Assembly: GCA_963700035.1 (NCBI GenBank)
Contig: CAVOWE010000018.1
Span: forward strand, 170,378-234,377
Length of the DNA: 64,000 nt
DNA from: an uncultured Thermoleophilia bacterium
Lineage (GTDB): Bacteria > Actinomycetota > Thermoleophilia > UBA2241
Direction: 5' to 3'
Shown piece by piece: positions 40,081 through 50,503 of this stretch (position 1 is the first letter of the stretch; each line of letters starts with the position of its first letter). Below the pieces are notes generated by a model. The model did no database searches, was not told the origin of the DNA, and saw nothing but the letters and a program-made list of their open reading frames with translations. A program made the position numbers and the translations under genes.

Positions 40081-40616
40081 TTCACGACGCCGCATCGCTG
40101 CGCGCCCGGGCGCTCGCCCTTGGGGCGAGCGACGCCGCGGTGATCAGCGCGGACCAGGTGGTGACCGCAGAATGGGTGCGCATGAAATGCCTCTACGGCG
40201 GCTGTCACGTGGGGCGCTGCCTCACCTGTCCGCCGCACTCGCCGACGCCTGCTCAGTCACGAGCCTTCTTCGACGAGTACGAGACGATCCTCCTGCTGCG
40301 CTTCGACGTGCGCCCCGAGCGCGTCGAGTGGCTACGCGCAAGTCGCCGGGTGGCGGACGTTGCGCTGGGGCTCGAACGCGAGCTCTTCCTGGCCGGCCAC
40401 TTCAAGGCCTTCGCCATCGCCGGAGGGCGTCCCTGCAGTCTCGACGAGCCGTGCGGTCGCCCCGAAGACTGTGACATCCGGGCACCGCTGCGCCCCGGCC
40501 CGGCCGGCTGCGGCATCGACGTCTTCAGCACAAGCCGCAACGCGGGATGGCCGCTCGCAGTGGTGCACGGCCCCGGCGACCCGTATCATCGCTTCGCGCT
40601 CGTGCTCGTAGAATAG
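40077..40616 (+). CDS. DUF2284 predicted metal-binding protein
   Basis: ALGASDAAVISADQVVTAEWVRMKCLYGGCHVGRCLTCPP...CGRPEDCDIRAPLRPGPAGCGIDVF; TTG start at 40077. Confidence 0.65.
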   Translation: MIHDAASLRARALALGASDAAVISADQVVTAEWVRMKCLYGGCHVGRCLTCPPHSPTPAQSRAFFDEYETILLLRFDVRPERVEWLRASRRVADVALGLERELFLAGHFKAFAIAGGRPCSLDEPCGRPEDCDIRAPLRPGPAGCGIDVFSTSRNAGWPLAVVHGPGDPYHRFALVLVE

Positions 40617-40658
40617 ACGCGCACCAGTGTGCACAGCCCCGATGCTGAGGACGGACCC

Positions 40659-41571
40659 ATGACCCCCATCCAGAAGATCCAGCGCGAGCACGGCATCGTC
40701 GGTCGCGAGGCCGAGCTGGCCATGGCTCTGGCGGTGCTCGGCGCCGGCCGCCACCTGCTGCTCGAAGGTCCCGTCGGCGTGGGCAAGACCACCGTGGCCC
40801 TGGCCGTGTGTTCTCACCTCGGCCGCGACACGGTGCGCGTCGACGGCGACGACCGCTACTCGGAGAGCAAGCTCACCGGGTGGTTCGACCCGCCGCTGGT
40901 TCTGCAGCAGGGCTACCGCGAGGAGTCGTTCTTCCCGGGGCCTTTGGTGGAGGCCATGCGCGAGGGACGCGTGCTGTTCATCAACGAGCTCAACCGTATG
41001 CCCGAATCGGTGCAGAACGTGCTCCTGCCGGCGCTCGATGAGCGCCTCCTGCAGGTGCCGCACATCGGCGAGGTGCACGCCGCCGACGGCTTCCAGGTGG
41101 TGGCCACGCAGAATCCCGTCGAGTACGTGGGCACGGGTCACCTTTCCGAGGCGCTGCGCGACCGCTTCGAGCATCTCGCGCTGGACTATCAGCCGGCCGC
41201 CGAGGAGGGCGCCATCGTGGTCGCCGAGACCGGCCAGCGACGACCTGGCCCTGGTGCGCACGGCCGTGCGCCTCACGCGCGCCACGCGCCTCCACGCGCG
41301 CTTTCGCAAGGGCGCCTCCGTGCGCGGCGCCATCGCCATCGTCGCCATCGCGGAGCAGTTGTGGAGAGGGGACCGGGACGCCTGCGGGTCGGTCGACCGC
41401 GAGACGCTGCATCGCGCGGCCGAAGCCGCGCTGACGACGCGCGTCGACTTGCGCGACGATATCGACGCCGACTTCGCCACGGCGCTCGACGAGCTGTTCG
41501 AACTCGTCGTCGACCGCGGCGAGGATCCGGACGTCGCGCTCGCTCCCGCCGCGGTCTCCCCAAAAGCCTGA
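40659..41571 (+). CDS. AAA+ ATPase of the CbbQ/NorQ/GvpN (AAA_5) type; apparent frameshift near 41225
   Basis: MTPIQKIQREHGIVGREAELAMALAVLGAGRHLLLEGPVGVGKTTVA, LFINELNRMPESVQNVLLPALDER. The lid domain continues in track ORF 41038..41571 (DDLALVRTAVRLTRATRLHARFRKGASVRGAIAIVA...). SD GAGGACGGA lies before the ATG at 40659. Confidence 0.65.
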
Positions 41572-41655
41572 GCGCCCCCGGCGGGGCGCGCCTGCGGCAC
41601 GGCGGGCGCGTGGAGGTTCGGGGCCTGCCGGACTGCAGGCTGGAGCCGCCCGCCG

Positions 41656-42497
41656 GCGACGCGCCCATGATCGCGCTCGCGGAGCGCTACAACGTGCCGG
41701 CCGAGGGCCTCGACGGCTGGACGGTGGCCGTCAACCTCACGCGCAGCGGCTGCCGCATCGCCGACCCGGGCTTGCGCTACTACGCGGAACGATTGGCGGC
41801 GCGCTCCGTGCTGGCCCGCGCCGCCGGACTCGTCGGCCCCCTGCGCGGCGCCACACAGATGGTGCGCGAGACACTGCGCGAGCCCTTCGCCGGCGAGCTC
41901 GACGTCGAGGCCACGCTCGAGAACGTGCTGGGCAAGGCGTACCCCGAGCCCGGCGACTGGGTCGTCCAGCACCGCGAGGAGCGCCGCCACCAGGTGGTGC
42001 TGATGGTCGACACCTCGCTCTCCATGTCGGGCGAGAACATGGCCATCGCCGCGGTGGCGGCCGCCGTGCTCGCGCTCAAGCTGAAGCCCGAGGACCTGGC
42101 CGTCGTGGTGTTCGAGGACAAGGCCGAGGCCGTCACCCAGCTCGAGGTCGCCGACCCGGCGGACGAGGTCGTGCGGCGCATGCTCGACCAGCCCGTGCGC
42201 GGCTATACCAACATCGCCGCCGCGCTGGAGCTCGGCGCCGCCGAGCTGGAACGCGGCCGCAACCCGCGGCGCAGCGGCCTGCTGATCACCGACGGGGTGG
42301 TGACTGCCGGTGGCGATCCGCTGCCCCTGGCGCACCGTTTCTCGCGGCTCTTCGTGCTGCTCACCGAGGACTACAAGATGAACCCCGAGCTCTGCCGCGC
42401 CCTCGCCGATGCGGGGCACGGCGACGTCTTCCCGGTGCGCGCCTTCCGCGACCTGCCGGCGCGCCTGCTCGATGTGGCGAACCGCGTGCTGCGATAG
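41656..42497 (+). CDS. VWA-domain protein (CbbO/NorD-like partner of the preceding ATPase)
   Basis: VVLMVDTSLSMSGENMAIAAVAAAVLALKLKPEDLAVVVFEDKAEAV...GYTNIAAALELGAAELERG...GLLITDG (MIDAS DxSxS). The start at ATG 41656 is approximate. Confidence 0.6.
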
Positions 42498-42548
42498 ACT
42501 GTGCTGCGGGCGCCGCTGGGGCGCCCCCTCACGTGCAAGGAGACCTCT

Positions 42549-43055
42549 GTGGCACTGCTCGGACCTCCCAACGTCGCCAAGCTCGAGGCCATGGGCAAGA
42601 TCGACGGTCTCGTGCGGGCGGCCAGGTACAAGAAGGACCCGGCCGTGGCCGCCGACGCCCGCCGTGCTCTCACCGGCTTCCTCGACAAGATCATCCAGCG
42701 GCTGCAGACCAAGAACATCGTGCAGCTCAACACCGCTCGCGACGCGCTGGTCATCATCGGTGAACCCGCCCGCGACCGGCTCATCTACATCCTCCAGCAG
42801 GGCCACCTGCACCGGCGCCAGGACGCGGCCTACGTCCTCGGCATGATGGGCGACCCGGTCGCCGTGAAGCCGCTCTGCGTCGCGATGCACAACCCAGATC
42901 CCCTGCTGCGCATGATCATCGTCGAGGCGCTGGGCAAGATCGGCGACCCGACCGCGTCGGACACGCTGCGCAAGGCCCTCGGCGACCCGGACCGCGCCGT
43001 CGCTCAGGCGGCCAGCAAGGCGCTCAAGAAGCTCAGCCCGGCGCCCGGCAGCTGA
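42549..43055 (+). CDS. HEAT/PBS-lyase-like repeat protein
   Basis: Repeats DPAVAADARRALTG..., RDRLIYILQQGHLHRRQDAAYVLGMMGDPVAVKPL, IIVEALGKIGDPTASDTLRKALGDPDRAVAQAASKAL. GTG start with AAGGAG SD. Confidence 0.6.
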   Translation: MALLGPPNVAKLEAMGKIDGLVRAARYKKDPAVAADARRALTGFLDKIIQRLQTKNIVQLNTARDALVIIGEPARDRLIYILQQGHLHRRQDAAYVLGMMGDPVAVKPLCVAMHNPDPLLRMIIVEALGKIGDPTASDTLRKALGDPDRAVAQAASKALKKLSPAPGS

Positions 43056-43168
43056 GGCGCCGCTTCCGGGCCCGCCTCGCGCACGACCAGCGCGCTCCTG
43101 CCCTGGATCCCGAAGAAGAGGTAAGCTTGCCGCGGCAAGGCTCCCGACACGGAGGGTGACGTCAGGCC

Positions 43169-44947
43169 ATGGTACGGACGCTGAACGGTCCTGTCTTCTC
43201 GCGCGTGCTCCGCGCCGGCGCGCTCGCCGTGGTGCGCGAGCAGGAGACCCTCAACCGTATCAACGTGTTCCCGGTGCGCGACGCCGACACGGGCGCCAAT
43301 CTGGCCGCGACCCTCAAGGCGGCGGCGTCGCGGCTCGGGAGCGTCTCGCCGGACGGCGTGGGCGCCGCCGCCCGCGCGGCCGCCGACGGCGCCCTCGACG
43401 GCGCCCGCGGCAACTCCGGCGCCATCTTCGCGCAGTTCCTGCACGGTCTGGCCGGCGCCATGGAGCGGCGCAGCCACGTGGACGGGCCGCAGTTCGCCGT
43501 CGCCGCCCGCATGGGTACCGAATCGGCCTACACGGCCCTGCAGGATCCGCGCGAGGGCACCATCCTCTCGGTGCTCAAGGCGTGGTCGCACGAGCTGGGC
43601 CGCCGTTCCGGCGAGGAGGACTTCACCGAGATGATGCACGGCGGCCTCGTCGCCGCCCGCGAGGCTCTCGCCCACACGCCGCGCCAGCTCGAGGTTCTGG
43701 CCCGCAGCCACGTGGTCGACGCGGGCGGGCAGGGCTTCGTCTACTTCCTCGAAGGTATCATCGAGTCGCTGCGCGGCCGCGAGACCGCCTGGGTGCCGAT
43801 CGAGGCCCCGCCGCGCGGGCTGCCGCCGTTCTCTCTCGAGCATGATGAGATCGACGAGCGCTTCCGCTTCTGCACCGAGGCGCTCCTCACGGCGCGCGAT
43901 GCGCCGCTCTCGCGCGACGCCGTGATGACCGCCGTGCTGGGGCTCGGAGAGTCGCTGGTCGTGGCCGGCGGCGAGCGGCGGCTGCGCGTGCACATCCACA
44001 CCAACGAGCCGCAGAAGTTCCTCGCCACGGTGGCCGCGCTGGGCGCCATCGAACACAGCAAGATCGACGACATGGTGCTCCAGCAACTCGAGGGCCGCGA
44101 GGCCGCCATCGCTCTGGTCACCGACTCCACTACCGATCTGCCCGAAGCCACCGCCTTCCGCCTGGGCGTCGTAGCCGTGCCGCTCACCCTGTCGCTCGGC
44201 GATGAGGACTACCTCGACGGCGTCGACATCACGCTCGACGGCTTCATCCACCGCGTCACCAGCGGCACGGGCGTGCCGCGCTCGTCGCAACCGGCGGTGG
44301 CCGACTTCGTGCAGACGTACCGCCGCCTGCTCCACTACCGTGAGGGCATCGTGTCGGTGCACATCGCCGCGGCGATGTCGGGGACGGTGCAGGCCGCGCA
44401 GGCGGCGGCTCGCGAGGTCGACCCCGAGCGCATCAAGGTGATCGATTCGTGCGCGGTCTCGGTAGGCGCCGGCCTCCTGCTCGAGGCCGCCGGCGAGGCG
44501 ATCGCCGCCGGCGCCGGCCTGGACGAGGTCGCGGCGCTGCTCGAGAAGACGAAGCGCGAGATCCGCATCTTCGGCACGGTCGCCTCGCTCGACTTCGCCG
44601 TGCGCGGCGGGCGCCTGAGCCCCAGCATGGCGCGCACGCTCACGAGACTCCACCTCGCGCCGATCATCGTCTTCGACGAGACGGGAAAGGCCGGCAAGGG
44701 CGGCGCGGCGCTCGGCTTCGACCGGGCTCTCAACGCCATCGTCAAGCGTGCCGCCACGTTCGCGGCCGGCGCCCCGGCCCGTGCCATGGTCGTCCACAGC
44801 GGCGACCAGGCGGGCGCCGACTTCGTCGCCGCCCGCCTGGCCGAGCGCCTGGGCGGCGAGGTCCCGGTGGTGCGCGCCGGCGCCGTCCTCACGACGCACG
44901 TGGGCGTAGGCTCGGTGTCGGTGGCCGTGCGCAGGCTGCCGGCCTGA
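43169..44947 (+). CDS. DAK2 (dihydroxyacetone kinase L-subunit-like) domain fused to a DegV fatty-acid-binding domain
   Basis: NVFPVRDADTGANL, DGARGNSGAIFAQFL (DAK2); C-terminal IALVTDSTTDLPEATAFRLGVVAVPLTLSLGDEDYLDGVDIT...PRSSQPAVADFVQTY (DegV). Confidence 0.8.
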   Translation: MVRTLNGPVFSRVLRAGALAVVREQETLNRINVFPVRDADTGANLAATLKAAASRLGSVSPDGVGAAARAAADGALDGARGNSGAIFAQFLHGLAGAMERRSHVDGPQFAVAARMGTESAYTALQDPREGTILSVLKAWSHELGRRSGEEDFTEMMHGGLVAAREALAHTPRQLEVLARSHVVDAGGQGFVYFLEGIIESLRGRETAWVPIEAPPRGLPPFSLEHDEIDERFRFCTEALLTARDAPLSRDAVMTAVLGLGESLVVAGGERRLRVHIHTNEPQKFLATVAALGAIEHSKIDDMVLQQLEGREAAIALVTDSTTDLPEATAFRLGVVAVPLTLSLGDEDYLDGVDITLDGFIHRVTSGTGVPRSSQPAVADFVQTYRRLLHYREGIVSVHIAAAMSGTVQAAQAAAREVDPERIKVIDSCAVSVGAGLLLEAAGEAIAAGAGLDEVAALLEKTKREIRIFGTVASLDFAVRGGRLSPSMARTLTRLHLAPIIVFDETGKAGKGGAALGFDRALNAIVKRAATFAAGAPARAMVVHSGDQAGADFVAARLAERLGGEVPVVRAGAVLTTHVGVGSVSVAVRRLPA

Positions 44948-45079
44948 CGACTGCCCCTGCGCGGCTCGTGCTGCGCGCGGCCCGGCCGTCTCTCAGGTCC
45001 GCAGCCCTCCTCGCGACTCCCCTTCTGCACTGGCCGCGCGAGGTTTTCGCCGCGTCCCGCGTGGGAACGGAATCGTGGT

Positions 45080-45100
45080 GCCCCTTTCGGGGCTCTTTCT
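45080..45100 (+). terminator. Candidate intrinsic terminator after the DAK2-DegV gene (GCCCC-TTTC-GGGGC followed by TCTTTCT)
   Basis: Stem-loop plus T-rich tract read directly from the sequence; about 15 nt upstream of the pntAA start. Confidence 0.4.
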
Positions 45101-45115
45101 GACGCTGGAGGAGCG

Positions 45116-46249
45116 ATGGCCGTTCGCATAGGCGTGCCCAAGGAGACCGCGACGGGCGAGACCCGGGTGGCGCTCGTGCCCGCCGTGGCCGAGAAGTACA
45201 AGGCCTTGGGGGCTGAGGTGTTGGTCGAGCGCCGCGCCGGCCAGCTCAGCCACATCCGCGACGAGGAGTACGCGGCGGCAACGTTGGTCGAGACCCCCGC
45301 CGAGGTCTTCGCCGCCGACGTCGTGCTCAAGGTGGACCCACCCTCGCCGGCCGAAGCCGAGCTGCTGCACGACGGTTCCGTCGTGGTCGGCCTCCTGCAG
45401 CCGTACAAGGCGTTCGACGCCATCAGGGAGCTGCGCGACCGCAAGGTCACGAGCTTCGCGCTGGAACTGCTTCCCCGCATCAGCCGTGCCCAGGCGATGG
45501 ACGCGCTCACCTCGCAGGCCTCCATCGCCGGCTACAAGGCCGTGCTGATGTCGGCGTGCATGGCCGGCCGCTACTTCCCGATGCTGACGACTCCCGCCGG
45601 AACGCTGCGACCGGCCAAGGTGCTGGTGCTCGGCGTAGGCGTCGCGGGGCTGCAGGCCATCGCCACGGCGCGCCGCCTCGGCGCGGTCGTCGAGGCCTAC
45701 GACGTGCGCGCCGTGACGCGTGAGCAGGTGCAGTCGCTGGGCGGGCGCTTCATCGACACGGGTATCGACGCCGAGGTCAAGGATGGCTACGCGCGGGAGC
45801 TGACCGACGAGGAGAAGGCAAAGGCGCAGGCGATCGTCGATCAGCACATCGTCGAGGCCGACGCGGTGATCACCACGGCGGCCATCCCGGGGCGGCCGTC
45901 GCCCCGGCTCATCAGCGCCGCCGTGGTCGAGAAGATGAAGCCGGGTGCGGTGATCATCGACATGGCCGCCGAAGGCGGCGGAAACTGCGAGCTCACGCGG
46001 CCCGGCGAGCAGTACAACCACCCCAACGGCGTGTTCATCTACGGGCCGCTCAACATCCCCGGCATGTTACCGGTGCACGCCAGCGACCAGTACGCGCGCA
46101 ACCTCATGCACTTCCTCACGCCGTTCATCAAGGACGGCGAGCTCGCGCTCGACTGGGATGACGAGATCCTCAGCGGCAGCGTACTCACGAGGGACGGCGC
46201 GATCGTCAACGAGGCCGTGCGCACGCTCGTCGAAGGAGGCGCGCCATGA
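45116..46249 (+). CDS. pntAA: NAD(P) transhydrogenase subunit alpha part 1
   Basis: MAVRIGVPKETATGETRVALVP...LVLGVGVAGLQAIATARRLGAVV, alanine-dehydrogenase-like NAD domain. Confidence 0.9.
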   Translation: MAVRIGVPKETATGETRVALVPAVAEKYKALGAEVLVERRAGQLSHIRDEEYAAATLVETPAEVFAADVVLKVDPPSPAEAELLHDGSVVVGLLQPYKAFDAIRELRDRKVTSFALELLPRISRAQAMDALTSQASIAGYKAVLMSACMAGRYFPMLTTPAGTLRPAKVLVLGVGVAGLQAIATARRLGAVVEAYDVRAVTREQVQSLGGRFIDTGIDAEVKDGYARELTDEEKAKAQAIVDQHIVEADAVITTAAIPGRPSPRLISAAVVEKMKPGAVIIDMAAEGGGNCELTRPGEQYNHPNGVFIYGPLNIPGMLPVHASDQYARNLMHFLTPFIKDGELALDWDDEILSGSVLTRDGAIVNEAVRTLVEGGAP

Positions 46250-46555
46250 TCACCGGCTTCGCCGCGGTCTACATCTTCCTGCTCGCGGCCTTCACCGGCT
46301 ACGAGATCATCTCCAAGGTGCCGGTGATCCTGCACACGCCGCTGATGAGCGGCTCCAACTTCGTGCACGGCATCGTGGTCGTGGGCGCCATGGTGGCGCT
46401 GGGCAGGGCCAACACCACGCCGGAGCGCATCATCGGCTTCCTCGCCGTGCTGCTCGGCACCGCCAACGCCGTCGGTGGCTACGCGGTCACCGAGCGCATG
46501 CTCGAGATGTTCAAGAGCACCAGGGAGAAGCAGACGCCGGCCAAGGCGGGCGGCG

Positions 46556-46566
<11 letters not shown>
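46246..46566 (+). CDS. pntAB: NAD(P) transhydrogenase subunit alpha part 2 (membrane)
   Basis: 106-aa membrane protein ...YEIISKVPVILHTPLMSGSNFVHGIVVVGAMVALG...; overlaps the pntAA stop (ATGA). Confidence 0.85.
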
Positions 46567-47944
<1,378 letters not shown>

Positions 47945-48069
47945 GCGGCCGGGCCGGGACCGATTCGGCCGAGGCGTTCGACAGACATCAGGGCGGCAGG
48001 CCCGGCATACGCCCGCCCGCCGCTCCTTCCGTGCGGGCCAGAGCGCACGCAGCCCGATCGACGCTCCGT

Positions 48070-48239
48070 GACGCGTCTTATGCGGACTGTGATCGCCGCC
48101 CGCCCGCGCTCCGGCATGGGAGAGATAAGACCGCAATGCAGGTTCTTCCCGCCGCCCACCGAGCTTCGTGCTATCGTCATATGCGGAAAGGGGCAGTCGA
48201 CATCTGGGTCTTACGCGGACTGCATAATCCTTGTTGGGT
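48070..48239 (+). promoter_or_regulatory. Candidate attI-like region: two direct repeats GTCTTATGCGGACTG (48074-48088) and GTCTTACGCGGACTG (48208-48222), followed by a GTTGGGT core-type site (48233-48239) immediately before the first cassette ORF
   Basis: Read from the sequence. The repeat pair is reminiscent of IntI-binding direct repeats and GTTRRRY is the integron core site, but no intI gene is adjacent. Confidence 0.35.
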
Positions 48240-48254
48240 GGACAGGAGGTAGAC

Positions 48255-48602
48255 ATGAAGCCCATCGCTCTGCTCCTCGCGGGGCTTGTCGCTGTCGTCC
48301 TTCTCGGAGCCTGCGGGGGCAACTCGCGCGACGTCGACTGGAGCGGCAGCTGGCGGGAGGTCGGTACCGCCGAGGCCTACATCCTCGAGCTCACGCCGCG
48401 GCTGCAGGGCGGCCGCTACACGGTCGAGTACCCGCGCTCGTTCAAGGTCCCGTTCAGTGCCCGAACCGAAGACGGCAAGTTTCTGATCATAGGCGAGAAC
48501 CGCGACGACATCGTCTGGACTCTCAGCTACGACCAGGGGTCCGATCAGCTGACCGCAGTCGGCGGGCTGGGCACCTTCCACTTCGAGCGCCTGCAGGAAT
48601 AG
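48255..48602 (+). CDS. Cassette 1: small lipoprotein
   Basis: MKPIALLLAGLVAVVLLGACGG (lipobox); perfect SD AGGAGG 8 nt upstream of the ATG. Confidence 0.7.
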   Translation: MKPIALLLAGLVAVVLLGACGGNSRDVDWSGSWREVGTAEAYILELTPRLQGGRYTVEYPRSFKVPFSARTEDGKFLIIGENRDDIVWTLSYDQGSDQLTAVGGLGTFHFERLQE

Positions 48603-48616
48603 GCGTTGGCGATGCC

Positions 48617-48706
48617 ACCCAACAAGCGCGTCAACCTGACGCGGTCAACGGTTTCTGTAGTAACTTGGAGCCGCAGCCCGCGCAGGTTACGCGCGGTGCG
48701 TTAGGC
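48617..48706 (+). repeat. attC 1 (ACCCAAC ... GTTAGGC)
   Basis: cccaacaagcgcgtcaacctgacgcgg...cgcgcaggttacgcgcggtgcGTTAGGC. Confidence 0.7.
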
Positions 48707-48751
48707 CGCACACACGCTTCACGGCCGCCGTCATTATCCTGGAGGAGCACC

Positions 48752-49093
48752 ATGGCCAAATACCTGATCTCTTTTCCAAGCGCGGCAATGGTTGTGCCCG
48801 ATAGCGAATGGGGAGCGGTAGGCCGCGACGCGCGCGCTGTGATTGATGAGGCGAAAGCCGCCGGTGTGTACGTCTTCGGCGGCGGAATCGACGAAGACGT
48901 ACCGCCCGTGCTCGTCTCGGCTGACGGCACGGTTGCAGTGGGTGGCTATCCTTGGGCGCCCACGCTCGACGGCGGCTTCACCGTGTTGGAACTGCCTTCG
49001 CGCGACGAGGCCATCGCGTGGGCGGCGCGTATCGCCAAGGCCTGTCGGTGCGACCAAGAACTGCGCGTCTTCGGGTTCGACCCACAATCCTAA
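48752..49093 (+). CDS. Cassette 2: YciI-like (Dabb/YCII superfamily) small protein
   Basis: MAKYLISFPSAAMVVPDSEWGAVGRDARAVIDEAKAAGVYVFGGGID...; SD GGAGGAG. Confidence 0.65.
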   Translation: MAKYLISFPSAAMVVPDSEWGAVGRDARAVIDEAKAAGVYVFGGGIDEDVPPVLVSADGTVAVGGYPWAPTLDGGFTVLELPSRDEAIAWAARIAKACRCDQELRVFGFDPQS

Positions 49094-49123
49094 GGGCGAC
49101 ACTGAAATGGCGCGGCAAGTGCG

Positions 49124-49193
49124 GCCTAACAATTCATTCAAGCCGAACCCGCTTCGCGGGTCGGCGTAATTCAGGCGTTAGCTTGAGTCTGTG
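49124..49193 (+). repeat. attC 2 (GCCTAAC ... GTTAGCT)
   Basis: gcctaacaattcattcaagccgaaccc...gggtcggcgtaattcaggcGTTAGCT. Confidence 0.6.
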
Positions 49194-49225
49194 ACCGCGA
49201 TCCGCTGAAAGGAGACTGATCTCTC

Positions 49226-49807
49226 ATGCGCAAGCTCATCGTCTGCAGCATAGTCTCCCTCGACGGGTTCTACTCTGGTGTGGGTGGGGACCTTTCGGCC
49301 ATGCCATTCGACGCCGGGTTCTCCGACTACAACTTGGAACGCCTGCGAGCAGCAGACACGCTGTTGCTCGGTCGTAGGACGTTCGAGGCATTCCGCGCCT
49401 ACTGGCCCGCGATCGCCGACGATGCGAGCCAGCCCGCAGTCGAGCGCGAGGTGTCACGCCTCAACACCGCTGCGGACAAGGTCGTGGTCTCTGACGGCCT
49501 GAAGCCTGACCAGCTCGAGGGCTGGGGCCCGGCCCGAGTCGTAAAGCGTGCGAACGCACACGCTGAGGTTGCCGCACTCAAGGAAGGACCCGGGCGAGAG
49601 ATCTTGGTCTTCGGCAGCCACGTCCTCTGGAACGATCTCCTCGCCGGCGGCCTGGTCGACGAGCTGCACCTCATGATCGGCGCCGGAATCATTGGCGACG
49701 GTGTCCGGGCATTTGAAGGTCGGCCGCCCGGTTCGCTCCGCCTGCTGGACGCGCGTGCGTTCGATGGGTCTAGCCTGGTGTTGGCGCGCTACTGTGTCGA
49801 AGGCTGA
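49226..49807 (+). CDS. Cassette 3: dihydrofolate-reductase-like (RibD C-terminal domain) protein
   Basis: MRKLIVCSIVSLDGFYSG...LLLGRRTFEAF...ILVFGSHVLWNDLLAGGLVDELHLMIGAGIIGDG. Confidence 0.7.
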   Translation: MRKLIVCSIVSLDGFYSGVGGDLSAMPFDAGFSDYNLERLRAADTLLLGRRTFEAFRAYWPAIADDASQPAVEREVSRLNTAADKVVVSDGLKPDQLEGWGPARVVKRANAHAEVAALKEGPGREILVFGSHVLWNDLLAGGLVDELHLMIGAGIIGDGVRAFEGRPPGSLRLLDARAFDGSSLVLARYCVEG

Positions 49808-49855
49808 TCAGCCGCGCACGACGAGGCGCGGACCTTCTCTTGCCGCCGGGGACCA

Positions 49856-49938
49856 AGCTAACAAACGCATCGAGCGGACGCCGCGAGCGCCCTCCTCATG
49901 CCAGCGCCGGAGCGCCGCTCATGCGCAACACGTTCGGC
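49856..49938 (+). repeat. attC 3 (AGCTAAC ... GTTCGGC)
   Basis: agctaacaaacgcatcgagcgg...gctcatgcgcaacacGTTCGGC. Confidence 0.6.
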
Positions 49939-49951
49939 AGAACGGAGCTAG

Positions 49952-50293
49952 ATGAAGCGACGCGGTCTTAGACTCCTGATCGCCCTCGGGGTCGGCGGGG
50001 GGCTCGTCGGCTTGGCGGCCGTGCTCGTCCGGGTCACCCGTCTCCACGACTTCTACGCCGCGTGTCTCGTGATCGGCCTGATCGCCATCGGCCTCGCGGT
50101 TGCGGCCCTGGTCTCTCCCAACGTGCTCATGCAACGCGCGACTGGAGACCCGTACTTCGGCGAGAGCTACACGCCCCCCGACGACGTCAGCTTCTCGGAG
50201 GCTGAGTATGGCTGGGTCGGCTGGTACTCCCTCTACCTGGTACTGGCGGCTGTGCCGTGCCTTCTCACGGCGCTGATCCACTACTGGACATAG
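49952..50293 (+). CDS. Cassette 4: small membrane protein (two or three TM helices)
   Basis: MKRRGLRLLIALGVGGGLVGLAAVLV...CLVIGLIAIGLAVAALV... Confidence 0.55.
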   Translation: MKRRGLRLLIALGVGGGLVGLAAVLVRVTRLHDFYAACLVIGLIAIGLAVAALVSPNVLMQRATGDPYFGESYTPPDDVSFSEAEYGWVGWYSLYLVLAAVPCLLTALIHYWT

Positions 50294-50311
50294 CGTCGGT
50301 ATGGCGGGTCT

Positions 50312-50401
50312 GCCGAACAAGCGCATCAAGCTGGCTCGCAGGCAGCTCTACGGTAGACTTCGTAGCGTGAGCACTCGCAGCTTATGCGCGGTGCGATGGG
50401 C
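50312..50401 (+). repeat. attC 4 (GCCGAAC ... GATGGGC)
   Basis: gccgaacaagcgcatcaagctggctcgc...cttatgcgcggtgcGATGGGC. Confidence 0.6.
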
Positions 50402-50503
50402 GAACCCTCGTCCCAGCGGGGTGTGATCGGAGGGTCCTCTTCACGGTCCTGTGCAGTGGTGCTATAGTCAGTACTGTTCACTGGGCTTCAGGCGGAGGTT
50501 CCA

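Noticed and set aside
40629-42497. Track ORF of 622 aa as one AAA-VWA fusion protein
   Set aside because: Residues about 200-330 of that frame are low-complexity Arg-rich text, while the genuine AAA lid domain is read in the frame of ORF 41038..41571 and ends with a stop. It is better explained as two genes (ATPase with one frameshift, then VWA).
47945-48254. Search for an integron integrase (intI) at the attI-proximal end, and after the last attC (60120-61400)
   Set aside because: Only 290 bp of non-coding DNA lies between pntB and the first cassette, and the downstream genes are nitroreductase, cupin, tal and pgi. No tyrosine-recombinase-like translation was seen in any frame.
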